From: the human T2T-CHM13v2.0 reference genome, Homo sapiens
Direction: 5' to 3' (one strand)
DNA length: 64,000 bases
Assembly: GCF_009914755.1 (NCBI RefSeq)
Contig: NC_060930.1
Both the position numbers and the translations under genes were made by a program. A model generated the notes under the pieces. That model did no database searches. It was not told the origin of the DNA and was given only the letters and a program-made list of their open reading frames with translations. Of the stretch, positions 32,139-44,690 are shown piece after piece (the first letter of the stretch is position 1; each line of letters opens with the position of its first letter).

Positions 32139-32779
32139 GAACCACTAACCTTATTTTGGCTCACAAACTTATATATGCTTTTCTGGACTTGCCCTCTCCC
32201 TTAGCTATACTTGTTTTTTTCCAAGATACTCGTTTTGACTCAAAAGAAAATTGTAATAGGGAAGAAATCAAATCTTCACCTTACTGCGAGGCAAACAGGA
32301 GTTGGAGAGGTTTGAAAGTGTTCTCAATTAGAGGACGGAAAAAAGTGTGACAGGTAGGCCACAGGGAAATGCTTTTCATTTGTTCAGACAGTCACATCAG
32401 AAAGAACCAATCTGTTAGAAATACTAAACGGGTATTGGTATGGATTTAGAACAAAGGCTACTGACATAAACATGAGCACGCACATGTCTGCAGTTCTGAG
32501 CTGGAAGACACATCTGTTTATTAAGGGCTCAGTCCCCTAGGGGCAGAGATGCCCAGACCGGTTAGACTGGATTGGGAGTCCATTATGGATTGAATCCATT
32601 GTGCTTGGGCCACCTGTCTGCTTGTGATAAGAGAGAGGCCCCGGAAGGCGGAAGAATCATCGGTTTCCCTGGTCAGATGAGGTATCAGGGGTGGTTTTTC
32701 CAAAGGGAGCTGTGTGGTTTTACTTTCCCCACGTAAGGATTGAAAATCATGTTATTTGCTTCATACTAATATACGTAGG

Positions 32780-32960
32780 TCTACATATGTGTAAAACCTC
32801 ATTGAATCTCCTCCGCCAGCCAGTCGGGTGTTAATTGCCATTGACATCATTTCCACTTCACAGATGAGCACACCACAGTCCAGAGAGATTTAGCATCAGG
32901 TTATAATGTTTGGTGTTTGGACCCAGATAGTCTGGAGTCAGGAGGCTATGCAGATTAATC
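32780..32960 (-). mobile_element. MIR
   Basis: CCACTTCACAGATGAG...CAGAGAGATTTAG core in reverse. Confidence 0.5.
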
Positions 32961-33318
32961 CAGTGGGCTCTTTATCACCGAAATAGAGCTCACTCATACA
33001 TTCCAGAAGTATTTACTGAGATTCTGAGCGCTGGATGCCATTCCTGGTACAGGGTGTTGGGGAGGGAAGATGGGGGACCCAAATGTGAATAATGCTCAGC
33101 TCTGGCCTCTGGGAGCCCACCTGCTGCTGCGGAAAACAGCCAATGATAAAATAATGGGTAGGACAGGGAGAGTGGGATGGGATCCCAAGAGATTCTCCTC
33201 ATTCAGCTGTGGGGTGATGGTATCAAGGAAAGACTTCCTGAGGGAGGTGAATCTCAAAGGATGAAGGGGTTACTGGTGGGCAAAGCACTGGGGATGAACA
33301 TGCGTGTGGTGGAAGATG

Positions 33319-33350
33319 CATGTGTGTGTGCGTGTGTGTGTGTGTGTGTG
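33319..33350. repeat. (TG)n microsatellite
   Basis: TG run with one CG interruption. Confidence 0.9.
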
Positions 33351-33469
33351 AGGTCTGTGTATAGTATGTTAGGTGTGTGGGTGTTTATGTGCGTGTCTCT
33401 GAGGAGTATATATGAGGTGTGAGAGACGGGGTGTGTGTGTGGCTATGAAGAAAGTCTATGAGCAAATCT

Positions 33470-33645
33470 GTATAGCCAGTATAAAGACTTGAAATGTACT
33501 AAACGCATAGACATGATAAATATTTGGGTGCTGGAAACCCTAAATGCCCTGACTTATCATTACCGACTATCCATGTAACAAAATTTCACATGTACCCTGT
33601 AAATACATTCAAATATAATGCATCAAATCAATCAATCAATAATAG
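33470..33645 (+). mobile_element. L1MA 3' end fragment
   Basis: ATGATAAATATTTG...CCCTGACTT...CATGTAACAAAATTTCACATGTACCC with an (AATC)n tail. Confidence 0.75.
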
Positions 33646-34014
33646 AAGGGTTGTAAAAAAGCAGGGTTCAGGAGCTTGATTGTGGAGAAGCAGGCTGTAC
33701 TGTGACATTAACTTTCGTGTGAAACTCGTATCAGGAAGATACAGACAGGGATTTTTTCATCTCTGATAATGACAGCTCTGAGCACCCGGAGGGAGGAAGG
33801 CCCTAAAGTAATCTCTGTAAATGAGTAGAGGGCTGAAAAGACAAGCAGAATGAGATAGTTAAAGAGGACGATTTAGCCTTTATTGGGTCCCGAGGTTCTA
33901 AAGGGCTAGTTAGGGAGAGCATGCTGAGGCTGTCCTTGCAGCAGACCTGATTCAGGGGAAGCTCCCAAAGTCCAAGGGTCGTGGGCAGCAGGCAAGGTGG
34001 CTCTGGTGGCAGCA

Positions 34015-34200
34015 GTCTTGAATTCAAATCCTGCTCCCTCCACCTGTGTGACAATGTGACCTGGGGTAAGTTGTTTACCATTGCGGAGCCTCACTTTGCT
34101 CACCTATGAGGCAAAGGTAAAGGCATGGCTTGCAGGTATGTTAGGAAGATAACACGAACTAAAAATATGTGGACCTAGTGCCTTGTGGGCACTCCGTAGA
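34015..34200 (+). mobile_element. MIR
   Basis: TTCAAATCCTGCTCC...GTGACCTGGGGTAAGTT...GCCTCACTTTGCTCACCTAT. Confidence 0.6.
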
Positions 34201-34268
34201 GCAGCTTTCTTTAGGTTCTTAAGTCAGGGCCATAGGAGGGTGGTTTTTCCCGACACTATCAAATACAG

Positions 34269-34742
34269 TGTCAAAGCATGATATTCCAACACATTGAGCT
34301 TTAAAGATCGAATTGGCTATTATTAGCAATTCATAATCCAGGCAGTGTCCAGTCTCTGAAATAGACTGTCAGGAATGGCAGAACAGTGGATTTTTGTAAG
34401 GCACCTGAGCAGGAACGAGGAAAACAGCAAAAAGCAGATTGGTCAACATCAGCTGACTCTGGGTTATTTTCCTTGTATGGGTGAAAGGAGATGGGACTTC
34501 CTTAACACTGGCTCAGGTTGACTGGGCTTCTTTTGATTAGTTGCTATGAATCTCCTGGGTTGCGTTTGTTTGTTTGTTTGTTTGTTTTGAAAACTGGCCT
34601 GTTTGGGTATTTTTCTGTTTTTTAAAATTTCTGTTTGCTTATGTGGCACTTATCATGAGTGATTGCATTTTGGTTTGGTGTGTTGGGGCTTAATGCAGGT
34701 GCTCAGTCCAAAACAATGGCCTCTTATAGATTTTATTTAAGG
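34269..34742 (-). mobile_element. MER67-type ERV1 solo LTR
   Basis: Reverse complement starts TTAAATAAAATCTATAAGAGGCCATTGTTTTGGACTGAGCACCTGCA. Confidence 0.7.
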
Positions 34743-35027
34743 ATAGAATAATACAGAGGAAATCTGCCCAGGCAAACAGAGACAGTATATGAATTGTTAT
34801 TTAAAGGAGCACCTAAATATCTTGGTTTGAGTGCTTTCTGTTTGTGGTTAGAAAACAATTTCAGAGAGAACTGAATCACAACACTAGAGGCACCATAGGT
34901 GGTCTCCAGTGCTCTCTATGAGGGTTAAGACATTCTCAAAAGAAATAAATTTTAATTAACTTTAACTTAAATATATCTAGAAATTTCAAAGGACGGTAGG
35001 AGTCCAGAGGCACATTGTAAATTTTAA

Positions 35028-35347
<320 letters not shown>

Positions 35348-35369
35348 TAATACATTTTAAAGTAAAGAT

Positions 35370-35555
35370 CACACACTTGGACATAGAGTATGGAATGATA
35401 GACATTGTAAACTTGGAAGGGAGGGAGGGCTGGAGCCCAGTGAGAGATGAGAAATCACTTAGTGTACATTATTCAGGTGATGGCTACACTAAAAGCCCAG
35501 ACTTCACCACTAGGCAATATATCCAAGTAACAATAAAAATAAAATAAAATAAAAA
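35370..35555 (+). mobile_element. L1PB/L1MA 3' end fragment
   Basis: GGTGATGGCTACACTAAAAGCCCAGACTTCACCACTA...ATATCCA...(AAAAT)n. Confidence 0.75.
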
Positions 35556-36096
35556 GTAAAGATCCACTGTGTCCCCCTCCTCTAAGTCTAAAAAGTGTTA
35601 AATAGTTTAGGAATCATTATTCTTTGGCTTTAAGGTAATGCAATTTGAGATGTTTTATGCACAACATGAATGAGAATACCCCTCATTCACCTAAGATATA
35701 TTTAATACAGATTTCTTAAGAAGAACAGCGTTTCTTCTAACCATTTCTTTGATTTGTTACTTTGAAGTAAGACAGTGAACTAGACTTTCTGGGATGGGGT
35801 TGAAATTGGCAAATACTGTGGGAATTTTGGTGTGTTTTAAAAGGCTATTTGAAAATGACGTTTTCTCCCAAAGAAAGAACAGCTTGGAGCATCTTGTATG
35901 AATCGTAGCTTGTGCTCTATAATTGCAAGGGTCATGCTAACTAGAAGAGTGACATTGCTTTATAATAGGATGTGCAAGACAATTAATTTAATAGAGAATG
36001 AGACTGAGGTATGAGAAACAGTTTGGTATTTCAGCATTCTCAGTTAAACACATTCGCTGGACAAAATTATGAATTGGGCCAAGAAGGTCAAGAAAC

Positions 36097-36585
36097 TGTA
36101 TTAGTTATCTACTGTTGTGTAACAATTCATTCTGACATTTAGCAGCTTAAAACAACAAACGTTTATTATTTTGTGCAATTTTTGAAAGTCAGAAGTCTGG
36201 GTTTAGCTGGGTGGTTCTGGCCCAGTGTGTGTCATGAGATGTAGTTGAGATGTTGATGTCGGCCAGAGCTACAGACATCTGGAGGTCTGCCTGGGGTTGC
36301 AAGACCCACTTCTAAACTCATTCAGGTGACTGTTGGCCGGATGCCTCTCCCACCTTACCCCATGGCCCTATCCATAGGGCTGCTCATAACATGGCAACTG
36401 GCTAATCCGAGAGCAAGTGATCTGAGAGACAGCCACCAGGACAGAAGCCACCATGCCTTTATAACCTAATCTTGGAAGTGATACACCATCACCTCTGCTG
36501 TATTCTACTGTCACACAGACCAGCTCAGCTACTGTGGTTAGGAACTGTAAGAGGGTGTGAATACCAGGAGGTGGGGGGGCCTTTG
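36097..36585 (-). mobile_element. MLT1F-like LTR
   Basis: TGTATTAGTTATCTACTG...GCTTAAAACAACAAACGTTTATT...GGGTGTGAATACCAGGAGG. Confidence 0.75.
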
Positions 36586-36619
36586 CTTCTTGGGAGCAAA
36601 AAGTGATGGTAGATCACTT

Positions 36620-36800
36620 TGAAGCTTGGCTGAGTCACTTATTACTTGTGTGGCTTTAGTCAAGTTACTTAAACTCCTTGTGCCTCTGCGTTCTCATTAT
36701 AAAATAGAAACACTTGTCCTCACCTCTGACTTAATACATGCAGAGCACCTGGAGCAATGCCTGATACAGTGTAAGTATTAATACCATAGAAATGTCAGCT
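36620..36800 (+). mobile_element. MIR
   Basis: CAAGTTACTTAAACTCCTTGTGCCTC...TATAAAATAG core. Confidence 0.6.
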
Positions 36801-36941
36801 CTTACTTTTAGCTTGCGCCCTGCTGGCCTTACATTAGTTCTTCCCCACCTTGGTTGTTCCTGCCCTTCTTCCTTCCTTTTCTCTTGCAAAAAACCTTATT
36901 CTCCTTTACAATGCTTCATTTGCACTGACTGATGACAGAGT

Positions 36942-36971
36942 GTTTTTTTTTTTTTGAGATGAGTCTTGCTC
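36942..36971 (-). mobile_element. Extremely 5'-truncated Alu (about 16 nt plus poly(A))
   Basis: T13-GAGATGAGTCTTGCTC flanked by TGACAGAGT at 36933-36941 and 36972-36980. Confidence 0.75.
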
Positions 36972-37262
36972 TGACAGAGTTTTAGTATTATTCCTTCTGA
37001 ATATATTTTCATATTAACTGAGAATAATATCTTGAACTTAAGGGTGAAGCTGCCAGTTGTTTAGGGAAGGGCTTTGGAGAAGTGGTTGGGCTTTTCTTAG
37101 CTCCCTGGAATTTGCTCTTTGAAAGAAATACACATATTTGCATATGTCCCATGATGAATATAGTCCTAGGATTTGATAGTTCGTGGTTAAAAGACATTTT
37201 AGAAATGTCTTGGAAATACTAAGACTGAAGTTTCTTAAGTCAGTGTATGCTAAACTACACTT

Positions 37263-37301
37263 ATATGTGTATGTGTGTGTGTGTGTGTATGTGTATATAT
37301 A
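37263..37301. repeat. (TG)n/(TA)n microsatellite
   Basis: Direct reading. Confidence 0.85.
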
Positions 37302-37355
37302 CTCAGTGTATCTTAAATATACATAGTTCCTTATAAAAGAAAGAAATGCACATCA

Positions 37356-37648
37356 GGCCAGGTGCAGTGGCTCACGCCTATAACTCCAGCACTTCGGGAG
37401 ACCAAGGCCAGTGGATCACTTGAAGTCAGCAGTTTGAGACTAGCCTGGCCAGCATAGTGAAACCCCGTCTCTACAAAAATACAAAAATTAGTCAGGCATG
37501 GTGGTGCACACTTGCAATCTCAGCTACTTGGGAGGCTGAGGTTGGGAGGATCGCTTGAACTCGGGAGGCAGAGGTTGGAGTGAGCCGAGATGGTGCTGCT
37601 GCACTCCGGCCTGGCCAACAGGGTGAGACTCTGTCCTGAAAAAAAAAA
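37356..37648 (+). mobile_element. Alu (AluSz/J)
   Basis: Dimeric Alu with A-tail; ATGCACATCA on both flanks. Confidence 0.93.
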
Positions 37649-37851
37649 ACCAAACAGAAAAGAAATACATGCACATCAAAATTAATAACTTCTATGAACA
37701 AAAGGACACAACCAATAGAGTGAAAAGGAAGCCTATGGAATTGGAGAAAATATTTGCAAATCATATTTCTGCTAAGAGGTTAATATTTAGAATATAAGAA
37801 TGCCTACAAATCGACAACAAAAACAAAACATCCTGATTAAAAATGAGCAGA

Positions 37852-38011
37852 GGCTGGATGCAGTAGCTCACACCTGTAATCCCAGCACTTTAGGAGGCTG
37901 AGGTAAGAGGATCACCTGAGCCTGGGAGGTAAAGGCTGCGATGAGCCATGATTGTGCTACTGCACTCCTCCTGCCTGAGTGTGACAGACAAAGTGAGACC
38001 CTGTCTCAAAA
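37852..38011 (+). mobile_element. Alu monomer (FRAM/FAM-like)
   Basis: Single arm GGCTGG...CCTGTAATCCCAGC...GAGACCCTGTCTCAAAAA. Confidence 0.8.
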
Positions 38012-38122
38012 AGGAAGGAAGAAAGAAGGATGGAAAGGAAGGAAAAAAGGAGAAGGGAAAGGGAAAAGAAAAGAAAAGAAAAGGAAGGAAGAAAGAAAGA
38101 AAGAAAAGAAAGAAAGAAAAAG
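38008..38122. repeat. Polypurine (GAAA/GGAA)n tract
   Basis: About 115 bp of almost pure A/G, derived from the Alu tail. Confidence 0.9.
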
Positions 38123-38466
38123 GCAAAGGACTTGAATAGACTTTTCTCTAAAGATATGCAAATGGCCAAAAAACACATTGAAAGATGTTTAACATCACTA
38201 ATCATTAGGGAAATTCAAAAAAGCCGCAATGAAATACCACCTTATATCCATTAGGATGGCTGCTATAAAAAACAAAAACTCCAAACAGAAAACAAGTGCT
38301 TGTGAGGATGTGGAGAAATTGGAACTCTTGTACATGGTGGGAAGGTAAGATGGTACAGCCTCTATGGAAAACAGTATGGCAATTCCTGAAGAAGATAAAA
38401 AATAGAATTAACATACCACCCAGCCATTCTGCTTCTGGGTATGCACCCAGAAGAATTGAAAGCGGG

Positions 38467-38757
38467 GGCCAGGCACAGTGGCTCCCGCCTGTAATCCCAG
38501 CATTTTGGGAGGCCAAGGCAGGTGGATCACTTGGGGTCAGGAGTTCAAGACCAGCCTGGCCAACATGGTGAAACCCTGTCTCTACTAAAAATACAAAAAT
38601 TAACTGGGCGTGGTGGTAGGCACCTGTGATCCCAGCTACTTGGGAGGCTGCAGCACGAGAATTACTTGAATCTGGGAGGTAGAAGTTGTAGTGAGTAGAG
38701 ATCATGCCACCGCACTCCAACTTGGGCAACAGTCTCAAAAAAAAAAAAAAAAAAAAA
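38467..38757 (+). mobile_element. Alu (AluSz/Sx) inside L1
   Basis: Dimeric Alu; AAGAATTGAA repeated on both flanks. Confidence 0.95.
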
Positions 38758-40599
38758 GAATTGAAGGCAGGGTGTCAAAGAGATATTTGCGCATCCATGT
38801 TCATAGCAGAATTATTCACAATAGCCAAATGGTAGAAGCAACCCAAATGTCCATTGATGATGAATGTATATTTAAAATGTGGTATATACCCTCAACTATT
38901 ATTCAGCCTTAAAAAGAAAGGAAATTCTGACACATGCTACAAAATAGATGAATCATGAAGATATTCCACTGAGTTAAGTAAGCCAGTCATAAAAGGACAA
39001 ATATTGTATGATTCCACTTCTATGAGGTTTCTAGAATAGTCAAATTCATAGAGAAAGCAGGTAGAATGGTGGTTACCAGAAGCTGGGGGAGGGTGAATGG
39101 ATCGTCGTTAGAATTCCAGTTTTGTAAGATGAAAACAGTTCTGAAGATTGCTTGCATAGCATTATGAACATACTTAACACTACTGAAATGTACACTTACA
39201 TGTTAAGATGGTAAATTTTACAAGTGTTTTACCACAAGAAAAAATAAAAATAATTTTGTTTTAAAAAAAGAACATCTAGCTCAAGTTAGACAAATTATCA
39301 GGAATTGAAATTAATGTTTGTTTTCAAGAATACATGTATATATAGTCTACATATTCTATATATATTTTACACATATATGTAGAAATAAAAAGACAATTTC
39401 AGAGAAAAGACTATTTTCTAAATTGTTAGTGATTGCCAAAGCAGAATTTTAAAAATAATTGTTATTGAAAGAGAAATGTGAAGATTTGAATTTGAATTAT
39501 GAAATATATACTATTTAAGGCAAGAAGCAGAGGATTATTTTACTGAGGCCCACAGTCCCCCAAGAGAAAATTAAAACAGGTAAGGACTACACAGACATAA
39601 AATCAGCCCAATTTTCTTAAGAAAAATTTTTCTTAAGGGGAGATATAAATGTTATTTCTTAGTTTTAAGTGAAGAATAAGAAGCATAAGATTTCACACAA
39701 TGAGTGCGACTATATAAATCCATACTTTCTCCAGCTTACCATTATGAGTAAAGATGAATAAAGAAAGAAAGAAGAACAGGGAGGCCACACTGAAGGCGGA
39801 TGACATGGACGCACAGGGCTGGGTAAGTTCTGAAGGGCTGATGGAGCTGTTCCTTAAACCTCTTATCAGAGTTTGGAACTCAGCCAGCACCCTAACCAGC
39901 ACCCTACCCTCAAATGATAAAGGAAGGTCACAGAGACCTCTGCATTCAAGTATTAGGTGGGAACACCTTATCTTTCCTGGCCTCCCTTCAGGTTCTTTGT
40001 GCAGACGGAACATTTATCTTATAAAAACTTTGAAGCAAGAATATGTCTCTTTCTTGCCCCCTCCTCCTGTTTTAAGTGCTGTGGACCAAGATAATTTTCC
40101 CTTTTTTGTCTTCCATAATATACTGTTTCCTGGCCTCAAAATGGGAACCACTGATTTGATCAGTGGTTTGAAAAGTGACCTGGTTTCTTTCCAGTGGCTG
40201 TAATTACTTCTACATGTCCCGTGTTCAGTGCAATTCGGTGACTTCATAGCGTTTCCAGGGAGGATGGCAGCTGTCAGTCCCATGGCCATCTTAAAGGGTT
40301 GTTGTAGAGCGAACTCTGACAGCCCTTTGAGATGGTCACGGGTTGTTGCTTCTGTGATATTGTGCTCTCCCTTACCAGGCCTAAGACCTGTAGGCCCCAG
40401 GCTCCTGTTAGAAAGATTTGAATGTTTAACACAAGAGGCTTTTCTGTTCTGATAAACAGCTTGCCCCTGCCCTGATCCCCTTGATCTTTCTTGTTACACA
40501 CAGGACTGAACAACCCATGGAAATCATGGAAATCACAGCAGGCAATAAACAACAATACCATCTTGTGTTCATATAATGTTTGCACATACTGTATAACAG

Positions 40600-40800
40600 T
40601 TGTACCACCTTACTTCATATACAATCTCATTTGAGAACAATAGCAACCCAAGTTTGATAGGGCCAGTGTTATTTCCATTTTATAGATAAAGACTGGAAAG
40701 GGAGGCTCAACTAGAGCCAAAAAGTTTCAGAAACTTATCTAAGCCCACCCGCTAAGTTAGTTACAGAGTAAGTGCTACAACTCTGAACCCTTGACTCCAA
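40600..40800 (-). mobile_element. MIR
   Basis: ATCTCATTT...CCATTTTATAGATAAAGACTG...CTTGACTCCAAAGCC. Confidence 0.55.
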
Positions 40801-40889
40801 AGCCAAAGAGAAGCAGGAGCCTAAGAGAATTGTGCATGATTTATCTTGCCGATAAAATAGAGTTCCCTGACTTCCCTCACAGGACATGC

Positions 40890-41636
40890 GGCAGGGGTGT
40901 GGCTCATCTGTTCTATTGCCGCCCCTGCTCAAACCCCTTATGGGAGGAGGAGCATACAGATGGGCAGGTGCAGGAGCTGGGGTGCTGGGCTCCAGCCCCA
41001 TGGCAGCATCCAGGAGTGGGAGCCTGTGACTCCCAAAGTCCAGATGGAAGTGTGTTACAGTGCGCTCTTTTAGCCTTGCTGTCCACAGACAGCTTAAGTG
41101 TTAAGCAGCTCAGTGATCCCTCTGCCTTTTTGCAAGGGCACAGGGCCAGTGTGACAGCTTTCTGTATCCCAAGCTCTTGTTCAGCATCCCAGAAGAATTG
41201 GGTCACACAAGGACTTGAAGGATGAATGCAGGGGTTTTATTGAGTGGTGGAAGTGGCTCTCAGTGGGATGGATCGGGAGCTGGAAGGGGGATGGAGTGGA
41301 AAGATGATCTTCCCCTGAAATTTGGCCATCCAGCAGCTGATTTCCTCTCCAATCATCCACAGCTAAACTCCTCTTGGCCTTCAGACATGTCTTTTCTTCT
41401 CTCTGCTGCACTGTTCTGCTCTTCTGTTCATTTGCTTGTCTCCTTCTCTTCTTCTGGGGTCTGGGCTTTATATAGATACAGGATAGGGGGAATGGTGGGC
41501 CAAAAGGCAGGTTTGGGCACAAAAGCAGGAATGCCTGTCCTCATTTGGGGCTGTGGGTATTCAGGCTTGAGGGTGGGGGCTTTGCTGGAGAATCGCCCAC
41601 TTCTGCCCAGTATTTCCCTGTCTCATGTTCATATAA
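40890..41636 (-). mobile_element. ERV1 solo LTR (LTR27/LTR28/LTR1 group)
   Basis: Reverse complement begins ...GAGACAGGGAAATACTGGGCAGAAG...CCCCCACCCTCAAGCCTG...CCTTTTGGCCCACC...CCTATCCTGTATCTATATAAAGCCC; left boundary approximate. Confidence 0.7.
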
Positions 41637-42000
41637 CCAACATTAGAAGAGAGGGACAATATGCATCAGAAAAAAGTTCCGTGTCATTAAAAGACCACTT
41701 AGCCACTAGGCCTTAAGACCACCAGGTTTGAGGTTGCAACTATTTTCCCCACTCCACGCTGCATGAAACTGGATATATAGGGTCTTCAGTTGCTATGCCA
41801 AGTTTTAGGGGTCCTGTATTGTGCTGAGGAACCAGCACCCAAGATCTGAGCCGGGCCTTTTCAAGCCTCAGCAGACCCATTGGTTTCTGGGTGGCATCTC
41901 TCCTTTTTTCTCCTAACAGAGACTCCTTAGTGTTTCCTGGTAATTAGGAAAATGTTGAATGGCTTATGAAGTATTTGGTGGTCAATCATGCCTCATAAAA

Positions 42001-42123
42001 TAGAGTTGCCAGGTTTTGCAAATAAAAATACGAGATGCCCACTTAAATTTAAATTTCAGATAAACTGCAAATAAATTTTTAGTAGGATATGTCCCCAATA
42101 TTATATTTTATCTTGCAGCCTTA
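42001..42123. mobile_element. MER53 palindromic MITE with most of the right arm deleted
   Basis: TAGAGTTGCCAGG...GCAAATAAAAATAC...TTTCAGATAAAC...TATGTCCCCAATATT, then ATTTTATCTTGCAGCCTTA. Confidence 0.75.
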
Positions 42124-43289
42124 CTCAAAGATAAATTAGAACACTAAACAGTTTGAGTTGTCTGGTTATGTTTAAGAGCTGCTATGGAAGCCATCTAATA
42201 TTCTTGTGATTCTGTCCCCAGGGAATACCTCTTACTTTAAAAATGTTAATTTTTTGTCATCTTAACTCTAATAAGCCATTCTTAAGTTTCAGATAATTAC
42301 ATTGAAATTGAAACTCTGATCTCCTTATGAATTCACATTCCAGCGTGTTAAAGGGTTTCTTCTACATCTGAATTAATTGAATATTGGACAGGAGGAGGCT
42401 AGTAAATTCATCAAGAGAAATTTAATTTCTTTGTTTACTTGAAACACCTGAGCCCTTAAGCATGGTGTTCTAAATTCACCTAAAGCAAGATCAAAACTTA
42501 CAGCAGAAAAGGGGAAAAATGAAACTGTGTATTGATGAGATTAAGATGGACAGAGCTGTATGCTGTTTACACAATTAAATGAGGTATATGTGAACATCTC
42601 CATGGTAACACGTCATATGGAGGCATTCAGAGTATGGGGAGATCAAAGGTTTGGTTTAATAGAAGGTTTGCATATGGACATTTTTAAAAATTGAAGAAAA
42701 TTGTAATGTCTATGACAGAAAGTATGAAGGCTAGTGCATACCCAGAGAAATATACCACTTAATATTTGCTCATCAATTGAAACCCGCATTTTTCTAGAAA
42801 TGCAAGGTTAAGAAAAGTGCAGGAGGATCCCGGCAAGCTAAAAGAAGTACCCATAAGATCAGAGTTTGGCTTTAAAGCCTGGTGTTTTCTGTCAGGTATG
42901 CCTGTCAACTCTAGCTCAATTGTACTCATCCTCACTTTACTGTGGTTCATATGGGCAGCTGTGTTTTCTTGCTTTGTGCCAAGCTCTAACCTTATACGTA
43001 TTGGAGCTTTACATTCGGGCCCACGTTCACTCCAAGTTAGGAAAATGTAGTGGATATTTATTAGCCACAGCAGAGCTCCACTTCTGGGAAGGGAATCAAT
43101 GAGTTACTGTAGCCATGGAGATAAAATGCTTTGATTGGGCCATCTCCACAGCCACAGGGAATCATTCATTCATCAAAGTCAACAAATATTCATTGACAGT
43201 CCTCTGGGTGCTGGGTGCGGCACTATTCTAGGCACTAGGATGTATCTGTTGTCTAGGGAAAAAAACAAACAAACAAAAATCAAAATCCT

Positions 43290-43603
<314 letters not shown>

Positions 43604-43746
43604 CTAATGGGAGGATTACATTCTAGTGCGAGGAGACTGACCATCAAGACTGTTCATTTCTTTATTCCACCACAAATATTTATGAAGCTGCTGTGCACCA
43701 GGCACTAGGGAATGTGTATATATATATTTACACTATATATATATAT

Positions 43747-44061
43747 TTTTTTTTATTTTTTGTTTTGTTTTGTTTTCAGACCGAGTCTCGCTCTGTTTCC
43801 CAGGCTGGAATACAGTGGTGTGATCTCAGTTCACCGTAACCTCTGCCTTCCAGGTTCAGTGATTCTTGTGCTCATGTCTCAGCCTCCTGAATTGCTGGGA
43901 TTACAGGCACATGCCACCACACCGGCTAATTTTTATATTTTTAGTAGAGATGGTGTTTCACCATGTTGATCAGGCTCGTCTCAAACTTCTGACCTCAAGT
44001 GATCCACCCACCTCACCCTCCGAAAGTGTTTAGATTACGGGCTTGAGCCACCGCGCCCGGC
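43747..44061 (-). mobile_element. Alu (AluS) with (TA)n at tail
   Basis: Reverse Alu; CACTAGGG on both flanks. Confidence 0.93.
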
Positions 44062-44329
44062 CAACACTAGGGTATATTAATAAGCAAAATAGACAATAAT
44101 CCTTGCCTTCTGGAGCTTACATTATAGTGGGAGGAGCTAGACAGAAATCTTAGCAAATTAGTATGTCAGAAGACAATAAATGCTATGGAAAAAAATAGAG
44201 TAGGATAAGGAGAGACAGCGATTTCTTGGGGGTTGAGGGGTACAATTTAAGTGGGTGGGCAGAGAAGCCTCACTGAGGAGACATAAAGACCCTGGGGGAG
44301 TGAGGGGCATCCGACTGTCTGGGTCATAA

Positions 44330-44690
44330 TGGTCCTTTGGTTCAGGAACAGCTATGTAATTCAAGCCAGGCCAACCAACGCCTCTCCCTGGGATTTTTCA
44401 ACCAAAGCGGACTAGAACCCACCATTTTTTCTCTCCCTTCAGGGAGCTGCAGGGAGGAAGCCGGGGGCTGCTAACAGCCATGCCTCTCCTTCAGGAGAAA
44501 ATGATGATGGAGGAGAGAAAGAACAGGAGACAGGACATGGACATGGAGGTCCTGGGGGCCTGGAGAGCCGGGTTCATGGGGGCCCGGAGCCCACTCTGCC
44601 CCTGTCTCTTCAGCAGTTTGATTATGTGAGCCATTTTCCTTTTTTTGTGTCAGCTAACTCCAGTTGGGTGTCTGTGACTTACAGGCAAAG
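44330..44690 (+). mobile_element. Old MLT1 (MLT1K/L-like) LTR fragment
   Basis: TTATGTGAGCCA...CAGTTGGGTGTCTGTGACTTACA 3' end pattern. Confidence 0.5.

Larger units (their letters stand above)
37670..39245 (+). mobile_element. L1MB-type 3' portion, interrupted by two Alus
   Basis: ORF2 C-terminal remnants (GAGAAAATATTTGCAAATCAT; [21 protein letters not shown]; [13 protein letters not shown]) and an L1MB 3'UTR (GACAAATATTGTATGATTCCACTT...TTAAGATGGTAAATTTTA). Confidence 0.85.

Noticed and set aside
39754-40203. 149-aa ATG-initiated ORF in unique sequence
   Set aside because: No recognisable domain or homolog; this length is plausible by chance in 64 kb. It would need Ribo-seq or PhyloCSF support.
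44460-44600. Locally GC-rich stretch with a few CpGs
   Set aside because: Too short and CpG-poor for a CpG island; falls within an old MLT1 fragment.
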